DNA of 32,000 nucleotides from Candidatus Saccharimonadota bacterium (GTDB taxonomy: Bacteria > Bacteroidota > Bacteroidia > Cytophagales > Amoebophilaceae), in NCBI RefSeq assembly GCF_003351905.1, contig NZ_CP022339.1, positions 450,001 through 482,000 of the forward strand, in the 5' to 3' direction. The notes beneath the pieces were generated by a model. The model was not told the origin of the DNA, ran no database searches, and saw nothing but the letters and a program-made list of their open reading frames with translations. A program made the position numbers and the translations under genes. Every line of letters starts with the position of its first letter. The stretch's first letter is position 1. This document shows positions 1 through 7,031 of the stretch, one piece after another.

Positions 1-1083
1 AAGGTGGGTGCTACGGTTACGATGGGTCCTTCTGTTATATATCAAGATGAAGCATTCTCTACTGAAAACAGCCTAGCTGCACAACTAAAATTTAGTGCAG
101 ATGTGCCAAAAGCTTGGTGTAATAAGGAGGCAAAAGTTTCTATAGGCACTAGTTGGAAAGGAAAAGAATTCAAGATTAAAAATGCTGCTGTAATCATTGG
201 GAAGATGGTAACAATGGGTTATACTTCTACTATTTTTGGTTATGAAAAAGCAGATAGTTCCTTGCTTATATCGCCAAGTGTAACTGTATTGCAATTAAAG
301 CATGCGTATAGTTTTGATTGCTTTCGATTCGGCTATGCGATTGAAAGGCCCCTTGCATTAAAAGTGGGATGTTTTGATAAAAATCACTCAGAAGAACAAG
401 ATAATGACGAAAAAGAGAAGAGTCGCGTAAATAAATGGGACAAACTAGACGATAAAAAACGTCCTGTTCAGACTAAAGATCGTATTCCAGCCTTTGGCAT
501 TAATGTAGGGATTGTTACAGATCAGTGGAATATTGGTCTAAGTGGCTTGGGTCGCTTGACAGATTATACACATGGTACACATGAGAAAGACGCAAAAACA
601 CATTACTTTCTTTCTGGGGGTGGCCATCTAGGCATTCAGTATGAGATACCTAAGCAATTTACATTTAGCATGCAGGGTGCTTATGTGTATGGTTTGGGTG
701 ATTACCTACCAGGGCCCGCAGCCATTCAAGATGATAAAGAACGCGAAGAAATGTGTGCAGCCTATTATATAGATAAGGAAAAAGATACACTGTATGCGAT
801 AAGTGCACTTGGAGGAGGACTTATGTTAGCGTACTGTGCAACACCTAAGTGGACACTCTCTATAAGAGGATCTTATCTAAGCACACTAGAAAACGAGGAA
901 GAGCACAAGCCCGCTCAAGCTTTTAAATATCAGTATAATATAGTGCCAACCGTTGCCTATGAAGTCAACAAATATTTTACGCTTTCTGGTGGATATAGTC
1001 TCATAAAAGAAGGGAGACAAAAAGAGGGAAAAGATAAAGACATGGAGCATAAATGGTCTGGGTGCATAAAGTTTAGCTTGTAA
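1..1083 (+). CDS. putative outer-membrane beta-barrel (porin-like) protein, 5'-partial
   Basis: The frame is open to position 1. Amphipathic beta-strand patterns end in aromatics (FTFSMQGAYVYG, WTLSIRGSYLS, YFTLSGGYSLI). The protein is Gly/Tyr-rich, ends ...IKFSL, and has no enzyme motifs. Confidence 0.45.
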   Translation, partial: KVGATVTMGPSVIYQDEAFSTENSLAAQLKFSADVPKAWCNKEAKVSIGTSWKGKEFKIKNAAVIIGKMVTMGYTSTIFGYEKADSSLLISPSVTVLQLKHAYSFDCFRFGYAIERPLALKVGCFDKNHSEEQDNDEKEKSRVNKWDKLDDKKRPVQTKDRIPAFGINVGIVTDQWNIGLSGLGRLTDYTHGTHEKDAKTHYFLSGGGHLGIQYEIPKQFTFSMQGAYVYGLGDYLPGPAAIQDDKEREEMCAAYYIDKEKDTLYAISALGGGLMLAYCATPKWTLSIRGSYLSTLENEEEHKPAQAFKYQYNIVPTVAYEVNKYFTLSGGYSLIKEGRQKEGKDKDMEHKWSGCIKFSL

Positions 1084-1112
1084 GATTTGTACACCTTAAT
1101 GCTTAATAAAAG

Positions 1113-1179
1113 CTATACCCAACCAGCTCAGTTTGTCATAATATAACCAATGATGACAAACTGAGCTGGTTGGGTATAG
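1113..1179. repeat. perfect 27-bp-stem palindrome (13-nt loop); possible terminator or palindromic element
   Basis: CTATACCCAACCAGCTCAGTTTGTCAT (1113-1139) is the exact reverse complement of 1153-1179. It lies 30 bp after the stop at 1083. No T-run follows it. Confidence 0.85.
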
Positions 1180-1257
1180 ATAATGTCCTCCTAGCTCGCT
1201 TCAAGAGATCAGGCAATAAGGATAGGGATAAATAATATCATAATATAATATATTGGT

Positions 1258-1941
1258 ATGAATGCAAACAAAATAAAAGCTGCCATTATCTTGAGTATAG
1301 GCTTGGTGGTGAGTAGTATGATCTTTAGCTTAGCATTTTGCTATGTTCGCTCAAAATCTGTAGCCTATATGAGCGTAAAAGGGCTTGCAGAGCGGGAGGT
1401 AGATGCCAATGTAGGTATATGGACTATTAGGTTTGAAGCAGTAGATGATAATTTAGAACAAGTTAATGCACAAATTATAAAGCAAACAGAAATATTGGTT
1501 GCCTTTCTAAAACAGAAAGGATTTGTAGATAAAGAAATTATCTATGGCACTCCTGAGTTACGTGACCATGGGAAACATGATTTAAAACGCTGTAGGTATT
1601 CCACCAGCATGGAAGTCATCGTACATACACCAAATATATTTTTAGTCTATGAAACGGTACAAAAATCTCACGAACTAGTGAAAATGGGGGTTTGCTTAAC
1701 GTACCACTGGAATGGGCCAGCTAAATTTATCTTTACAGATTTAAATGTAATTAAGCCATCCATGATTCAAGAGGCCACTATAAATGCAAAAAAAGCTGCG
1801 CATCAACTTGCCACTGATTCAGATGTTCGTTTAGGAATGGTACGTAGAGCCACTCAAGGTGTTTTTTCTATAGAGGATACCCATATACCTACCAAAAAAA
1901 AGGTACGTGTAGTGACCCAAATGGAATACACTATTCAATAA
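1258..1941 (+). CDS. SIMPL/DUF541-like periplasmic or membrane-anchored protein
   Basis: An N-terminal hydrophobic anchor (AAIILSIGLVVSSMIFSLAF) is followed by VKGLAEREVDANVGIWTIRFEAV..., which resembles the SIMPL-domain start. Assigned from memory of the family only. Confidence 0.5.
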   Translation: MNANKIKAAIILSIGLVVSSMIFSLAFCYVRSKSVAYMSVKGLAEREVDANVGIWTIRFEAVDDNLEQVNAQIIKQTEILVAFLKQKGFVDKEIIYGTPELRDHGKHDLKRCRYSTSMEVIVHTPNIFLVYETVQKSHELVKMGVCLTYHWNGPAKFIFTDLNVIKPSMIQEATINAKKAAHQLATDSDVRLGMVRRATQGVFSIEDTHIPTKKKVRVVTQMEYTIQ

Positions 1942-2002
1942 CGATACCTACTCAGGTTGCTAGTTTGTGGCTTAGATACCATTTTTTAATTGATAAAATT
2001 AT

Positions 2003-2545
2003 ATGAATGGTCTTGATATTTTACTCATTATACCACTTATTTGGGGGGGATATAATGGGCTAAAAAAAGGGTTTATTGTAGAACTGATTGCCTCTTTCCT
2101 ATTGGTATTTGGCTCTATAAAAGGAGTAGCCTTATTCTATACATTGCTACCTATTATAGCAGACAAGTTACCTGCCTTAGCTGCTTGCCTGCCTATTTGC
2201 TTAGCCATTCTAATGCTTTTCATAGGCGGATTGGTGATCTACTTGTTAACAAAATTGATTAAAGGCATTGTGGTCATTAGCCTGTTGGGTATGTTTGACA
2301 ACCTATTAGGGGGGGTATTTGGCTTATGTAAAGTGGCATTTTTTATAAGCTTATTGATTTACTTTTGGGGTTGTTTAGGACTTACGGTCTTTCCTCATAT
2401 CTATACAGATACCAGCCTTTTATTTCCACTATTGGAGCCCATTGCGCCAAAAATCTTACAATGCTTCACATCGATAGATCATCTATACCCATTTAAACAG
2501 TGGTGCCAAATAAAAGATATACCCCTTGTTAGGTCTAAGCCATAA
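2003..2545 (+). CDS. cvpA: CvpA-family (colicin V production) membrane protein
   Basis: A small 4-TM protein with the typical CvpA N-terminus MNGLDILLIIPLIWGGYNGLKKGFIVELI. Confidence 0.7.
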   Translation: MNGLDILLIIPLIWGGYNGLKKGFIVELIASFLLVFGSIKGVALFYTLLPIIADKLPALAACLPICLAILMLFIGGLVIYLLTKLIKGIVVISLLGMFDNLLGGVFGLCKVAFFISLLIYFWGCLGLTVFPHIYTDTSLLFPLLEPIAPKILQCFTSIDHLYPFKQWCQIKDIPLVRSKP

Positions 2546-2712
2546 GCCATTTTTAACTATCTATTCACACAATGGCGGGGGCTTAAGGGAATCTATTCTA
2601 GCACAGAGGAACAAATGGATAGCTGGTATAGAGCCACTGCACATGGCTACCAATAAAAAGTTAGTAGGCAGTAAAAATAATGAAACGATGTGTCTATTCA
2701 TGACACTGGTTA

Positions 2713-2932
2713 GTAAGACATTTTTATTTTTACTTATTTCTTAACAAGAAAGTAACAAAAAATCAAGACCTGTGCAAAAAGTCGCTGAACGCGTCATCTT
2801 ACAAATGGAAAAACAGAAATCGCCCTCTTTGGGGGCTTTAAAGGAAACTGTTTTCCCTAATCATCTGTATGATGCCACTTTCTACACCACGACTTTTTAC
2901 AGGGGCGTTGTTCTTCTAACACAAAAAACAGT
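2713..2932 (-). repeat. structured ~200-bp repeat, copy A (MITE-like or structured-RNA element)
   Basis: Its reverse complement aligns with 5811-6010, including a 35-nt identical block (2875-2909 vs 5834-5868). It folds as a long imperfect hairpin followed by CTTGATTTTTTG. Confidence 0.8.
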
Positions 2933-3148
2933 GACTTGAACAGATCATCAGAAAACTATAAGTTTACTGAAAATGCTCACTTCATTTATCGACAGCCACC
3001 ATACCCTTAATATACCAATTAGATTGAATATCAAAAACATTATATAATATGGAGACGCTGTGAAAAAACGAACCCAATTTAGGTTGAATTTCTTAGTGTC
3101 TAACTACTTAGACTATAGCTTTTTTATATCCTTGATATAGTGTAGCGA

Positions 3149-4141
3149 TTACTTACTTTTACGTTGTTTTAGTTTTTTACTTATTTTTCTGTTCAACTCT
3201 TTTTCGTAAACTTGTGTTAGCTTTAATAGAATCTTTACATGTTCTTTCTGCTCTTCTTGTGTCCAACTCTTGATTCTATCTTTAACATCCTCAATACAAT
3301 TTGCTTTGAGAAATTCTTCTGTCTGTCTTACCACACCTTTTTCATTATTCTTTTCTTCCTCATTCATTAGAGGTTTTAACGTATCTAGCTTTTTTTCCAC
3401 CTCATCTAGTAGGTTAGATAATTCATCCAACTTTTTCTGTACGTCCGGGTTGATTATATCGTTTGATGAATGTGAAGTTGTCCGCTTAGCACCTGATGGC
3501 TGAGGCTTTGCTTGCGTATTATTTTTTGTCTTAACATGGTCTAATCGATCCCTATTCACTTCGGAGCTTTTTGGATCTGTCACCTTGTGAGGATTACACC
3601 TAGCCTCTTTCTTTTTAGGACTGACTGGTGTGGTATTTTTCGGATCTAATTTATTACTCGACTTAGAGCCATTTTGTTGCCCCGGCATAAGCGGCTTATT
3701 GGTTTTATTGGTCTTGCTACTGCTTTCTTCTACCACAACTTTAGGAGAACTATTTGACGGTTGTGATGGTGGAACGGATACTGCCTCCTCATCGGGTTGC
3801 GCTGATACATCTTTAGGGTCATCGGTTGAGTGCGTTGGGCTAGACTCAAATGCTGGATTGTCTTCACCTTGCTCATTACCTATATTATATTGATTGGATA
3901 AATCATTTTCCTGGTCGATAAGTACATTTGATGGATCATCTGATTCAAGATCGATCGGTTCACCTGATGTACTATCGGGTGGATTATTTGGTTCAGTATC
4001 TATTGGCTTTCGTGCATCGAGGATGGATTTTGGTTTTTCTTGACCACAATCCAATCCCAATGAAAAAAATAGAGCGCAATACAATGGGCCATTTACTAAT
4101 ACTTTTACACCTTTTATGATTTTGTTTTTTGTTTTTTTCAT
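3149..4141 (-). CDS. lipoprotein with long Pro/Ser/Asp/Asn-rich disordered region and Lys/Glu-rich C-terminal coiled-coil-like tail
   Basis: Signal peptide plus lipobox (FFSLGLDC). Low-complexity middle region. C-terminal KKLDELSNLLDEVEKKLDTLKPLMNEEEK... No recognisable family. Confidence 0.6.
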   Translation of the reverse strand: MKKTKNKIIKGVKVLVNGPLYCALFFSLGLDCGQEKPKSILDARKPIDTEPNNPPDSTSGEPIDLESDDPSNVLIDQENDLSNQYNIGNEQGEDNPAFESSPTHSTDDPKDVSAQPDEEAVSVPPSQPSNSSPKVVVEESSSKTNKTNKPLMPGQQNGSKSSNKLDPKNTTPVSPKKKEARCNPHKVTDPKSSEVNRDRLDHVKTKNNTQAKPQPSGAKRTTSHSSNDIINPDVQKKLDELSNLLDEVEKKLDTLKPLMNEEEKNNEKGVVRQTEEFLKANCIEDVKDRIKSWTQEEQKEHVKILLKLTQVYEKELNRKISKKLKQRKSK

Positions 4142-4595
4142 TGTTTATCTAAATTATGCTATAAAAGCCATTGCTTCATAGAACATGTTGCTTGCTGTTC
4201 TGAAACGATATATACATTTATGCGTACTGTGCTAGGAAAATAATAAATAGAAGTAGATAGCATCTGGATACTGCTATGCTTTTGATCATCTACCCTATAA
4301 TGGATGATATATAAATTTTTACAATTATCCAAGGCTACTTGTAGATGGTATCATTTTTATAGACCAATACCTAAAACCACCTGCCATTTATGGTAGAATT
4401 GTATAGATTTCTATTTACTTTATTTGGAATTATATCGATTATTTATTAAGATATAATAGGGGGAAGGAGGTGAAATCGTAGGCAATATAGATCGATTTCA
4501 TTATTTCTAGCATTAAGGTCTTTATCCCTTAAATAGACTGAAACAGATAAAATAATATGGATAAGCCATACGCATATATGGAAGATACATGGAAA

Positions 4596-4603
4596 TAATT
4601 TTG
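4596..4603 (+). promoter_or_regulatory. candidate Bacteroidota sigma-A -7 box (TAnnTTTG)
   Basis: TAATTTTG lies 33 bp upstream of the ATG at 4636, in the divergent intergenic region. Confidence 0.3.
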
Positions 4604-4635
4604 TTCAACAGTGGTTATAGCATACAACTTAAAAC

Positions 4636-5727
4636 ATGAATACTATGAAAAAAACAAATACCCGTTGTAAGCTAGGCCTATTCATCTGGCTATTAAGCTT
4701 CAACACTTTATCTTCTTGTGTAAACACAGGACAAACGCTAGGTATGTGGGTGTGTCAGTCAAGCGCTTCAAAGAAGAAGCAATTACAGAATAAATTAAAC
4801 GAGCAAATACAGAATAAATTAAACGAGCAAACTAAGAAGCACAATCCTAATGCGTACCAATCGATTGCTGATCCTAAAGTATCATATTCGAGTAGATGGA
4901 ACATGGGAAAATATAGATCGCCTCTAGTAATGTTAACAGTAACAGGATTAATAATAGGAGTGGGTGCAGGATTATATAATTATTTCAGCTCAGAATCAGC
5001 GCTATTAGCACCTAACCCTATAGAAGCAGTAATGAATAATAACACAATGTTATCCCCCACCGGAAACGGAACAATAAACCCAATAAATACAACGCTAAGT
5101 TCCATAGGAACTGCAGCTACAGCCACAGTAACAACTCTAGCAACAGGTCTAATAGCAAAATTGAAACTGAATCAGAGCACCTCTACGGCTGGACCATTGA
5201 GTAGTGAAAAAGACAATAGGGCCTTAGATGCAATAGAAAACCCAAAATGGCGTGAACCAAGTACTACAGAAGTATCCAAACCATCTGGTATTAAGTTGAC
5301 TGCTCTAACTCAGGATATCATAGATGACATTGCTAACCATAGGTTTTCGATAAAAAGGATACAACATTGGCTTAATAAAGGATTATCTATAAATGCGACG
5401 GATGCAGACGGGCGCACCTTATTGATGGAAGCAGTAAACGATATGGAAGCAGTAAACGATGAAAATTTTCTTCTCGTTAAATTTTTAGTAGGTAAGGGAG
5501 CAAATGTGAATGCACAAGATAATAGAAACAATACAGCTCTAATGTATGCGATAGACCTTTGTGTTAAAGCTCAAGGCCGTTGTGTTAAAGCTCAAGATAT
5601 CTTCGACTATTTAATAAAACATAGCGCAACTCCATGTATAGAAAATGTAGACGGCAGACCGAAACAATCTGAGATAGATGAATCTAATAACGAATCATTG
5701 AAAAATAAATTCAAGCAATGTCCGTAA
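4636..5727 (+). CDS. lipoprotein with central TM/Thr-Ala-rich region and C-terminal ankyrin repeats
   Basis: Lipobox LSSC in MKKTNTRCKLGLFIWLLSFNTLSSCVNT. Ankyrin pattern DADGRTLLMEAV...LVKFLVGKGANVNAQDNRNNTALMYAI. The start may instead be the ATG at 4645. Confidence 0.75.
   Translation: MNTMKKTNTRCKLGLFIWLLSFNTLSSCVNTGQTLGMWVCQSSASKKKQLQNKLNEQIQNKLNEQTKKHNPNAYQSIADPKVSYSSRWNMGKYRSPLVMLTVTGLIIGVGAGLYNYFSSESALLAPNPIEAVMNNNTMLSPTGNGTINPINTTLSSIGTAATATVTTLATGLIAKLKLNQSTSTAGPLSSEKDNRALDAIENPKWREPSTTEVSKPSGIKLTALTQDIIDDIANHRFSIKRIQHWLNKGLSINATDADGRTLLMEAVNDMEAVNDENFLLVKFLVGKGANVNAQDNRNNTALMYAIDLCVKAQGRCVKAQDIFDYLIKHSATPCIENVDGRPKQSEIDESNNESLKNKFKQCP
4786..4833 (+). repeat. in-frame 24-bp tandem duplication (QNKLNEQI/QNKLNEQT)
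   Basis: CAGAATAAATTAAACGAGCAAA occurs twice head to tail. Confidence 0.95.
5425..5460 (+). repeat. in-frame perfect 18-bp tandem duplication (MEAVND x2) inside an ankyrin repeat
   Basis: ATGGAAGCAGTAAACGAT x2. Confidence 0.95.
5560..5596 (+). repeat. in-frame 21-bp-period tandem duplication (CVKAQGR/CVKAQD)
   Basis: TGTGTTAAAGCTCAAG is repeated at 5560 and 5581. Confidence 0.95.
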
Positions 5728-5810
5728 TACACCAATTAAAATTAGTTTTTAGCTAAACAACTGTTTTGTGCAGCTGCTTTAGTTTAAACTTTTGCACCTG
5801 TTCCAGTCGC

Positions 5811-6010
5811 TGGTTTTTTTGCGTTAAAAGAAAAACGCCCCTGTAAAAAGTCGTGGTGTAGAAAGTGGAATCACCATGCAGAATGCAGATGAAGCCCACA
5901 AAGGGGATGAATTCTGCATTGCCATCTGTATGATGGTACTTTCAGCGGCTTTTTGCCGAGGGCTTGATTTTTTGTGCACTTTTTTATCAAGAAAAAAGTG
6001 CGATAAATTA
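5811..6010 (+). repeat. structured ~200-bp repeat, copy B
   Basis: Aligns to the reverse complement of 2713-2932. Outer arms GCCCCTGTAAAAAGTCG / CGGCTTTTTGCCGAGGGC. Inner stem ATGCAGAAT / ATTCTGCAT. Followed by CTTGATTTTTTG and a 10-bp hairpin GCACTTTTTT/AAAAAAGTGC. Confidence 0.8.
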
Positions 6011-6167
6011 CCTTATTAGCTATTAACTTAAACAAATACCTCTTTTTGTTTGATAATCAATAAAATATAGATCTTAAGTTGACGCCATCGCGTGAACAGG
6101 TACAATTTTACCTCTAACCAAAAAGCTATACATGCAAATATAAATAAATAAGTAAATAAATAATACT

Positions 6168-6569
6168 ATGAAAACAAAACATATACAATATAAAGCGGGT
6201 CTACTTATTGGACTACTAAGCTTAAGCACCTTATCTTCTTGCGTAAATACAAGGCCAGGATTGGGTATGGGCCCTTGGGGCAGTAAGAGTAGTAAGGATA
6301 ATAATGTGGAAGAGGATGGTAATAAAGGCAGCTCCAAAAGCGGAAGCAAATGCGGAGTGAAAACTGTTTTCAAGGCTATTGGCACAACGGCAGCGGTAGC
6401 AGCAGTTGCTACTAGCAGTTATAACGTTGGTCACAACAAGGGTTACAACCAAGGTTACGACCAGGGTTACGACCAGGGTCGCGCTAATGCATCTAGCAGC
6501 TGCTTACAAGGATCATACAGTGGCAGTAATAATTCAAGCGCAGGCAGATTTAATTCAAGTAGACCATAG
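6168..6569 (+). CDS. small lipoprotein, paralogous signal module, Gly-Tyr repeat tail
   Basis: MKTKHIQYKAGLLIGLLSLSTLSSCVNTRPGLGM is homologous at protein and DNA level to the N-termini of the ORFs at 4636 and 6635. A hydrophobic AIGTTAAVAAVA segment is followed by GYNQGYDQGYDQG. Confidence 0.6.
   Translation: MKTKHIQYKAGLLIGLLSLSTLSSCVNTRPGLGMGPWGSKSSKDNNVEEDGNKGSSKSGSKCGVKTVFKAIGTTAAVAAVATSSYNVGHNKGYNQGYDQGYDQGRANASSSCLQGSYSGSNNSSAGRFNSSRP
6429..6476 (+). repeat. 4 x 12-bp tandem repeat (GHNK-GYNQ-GYDQ-GYDQ)
   Basis: GGTCACAACAAG GGTTACAACCAA GGTTACGACCAG GGTTACGACCAG. Confidence 0.9.
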
Positions 6570-6634
6570 ATGGATCAGCGTTGAAATAATGCTACTTAGC
6601 AATGATTATAACATAACTATTATACATATAGATT

Positions 6635-6991
6635 ATGAAAAAAAAACATATGCAATATAGGTCAAGCTTACTGATTGGCTTATTAAGCTTAAACACTTTG
6701 TCTGCTTGTGTACATACAAAGCAAGGGTTAGGCATGGATGATACTCCTGGCAGACAGGAGGAGCAAAACGATAATAGGGATAATATACAAGTAGTTACCA
6801 GGCCTAGCCTGGTAAGAACAGCTTTTCTGTCAACGGTAGAGTTACTGGCAGAGATGTCAGTAGAAGATTTATTATGGTTTTGTAGCATAATTTATGGCGC
6901 AGCTCACACTCTAGGCTATGCTAAAGGCTATTATTCTGGTTACGCTAAAGGCATATTGCATACTTACCTTGAATCTGAGGTCTCAAAATAA
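6635..6991 (+). CDS. small lipoprotein, paralogous signal module, GYAKGYYSGYAKG tail
   Basis: MKKKHMQYRSSLLIGLLSLNTLSACVHTKQGLGM shares the conserved module. The C-terminus has Gly-Tyr repeats like the ORF at 6168. Confidence 0.6.
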   Translation: MKKKHMQYRSSLLIGLLSLNTLSACVHTKQGLGMDDTPGRQEEQNDNRDNIQVVTRPSLVRTAFLSTVELLAEMSVEDLLWFCSIIYGAAHTLGYAKGYYSGYAKGILHTYLESEVSK

Positions 6992-7007
6992 TTTAAAGCT
7001 TCAAAAT

Positions 7008-7031
7008 AAGGTGCCCGTACAAAGGCACCTT
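7008..7031 (+). terminator. candidate stem-loop terminator after the 6635..6991 gene
   Basis: AAGGTGCC-cgtacaaa-GGCACCTT: an 8-bp stem 17 bp after the stop. There is no strong T-run on the plus strand; the minus strand has ATTTT after the stem. Confidence 0.4.

Noticed and set aside
2526-2744. 72-aa plus-strand ORF overlapping the end of cvpA
   Set aside because: It overlaps cvpA out of frame and runs into the repeat element (copy A and its extended tail). It has no signal of coding composition and is most likely spurious.
3016-3092. Direct imperfect repeat ACCAATTAGATTGAATATC / CCCAATTTAGGTTGAATTTC downstream of the 3149 gene
   Set aside because: It is short, has several mismatches and an indel, and sits in AT-rich sequence. 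It cannot be distinguished from chance.
3270-4119. Plus-strand ORFs antisense to the 3149..4141 lipoprotein gene, and similar antisense ORFs at 6074..6888, 9954..10325, 15226..15621, 22825..23505 and 25990..26253
   Set aside because: Each lies inside a longer ORF with recognisable motifs or a signal peptide on the other strand. They are typical shadow ORFs.
2713-6010. Integron-like cassettes (ORF followed by an attC-like imperfect palindrome)
   Set aside because: The genes are divergent rather than in a co-oriented array. No integrase or attI is present, and the repeats lack recognisable R''/R' core sites (RYYYAAC...GTTRRRY).
6073-6088. 16-nt exact inverted match CTTAAGTTGACGCCAT (6073-6088) vs ATGGCGTCAACTTAAG (19661-19676), the latter just after the Rpn gene
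   Set aside because: For a 32-kb window, roughly 0.2-0.3 such 16-mer matches are expected by chance. The flanks do not extend the match, and no partner lies on the other side of the Rpn gene. Worth a genome-wide BLASTN, but not supportable as a terminal repeat.
6429-6476. CRISPR-like or other spaced repeat arrays anywhere in the window
   Set aside because: All the tandem repeats seen are short (12-24 bp), contiguous, in-frame and inside coding sequence. No repeat-spacer architecture exists.
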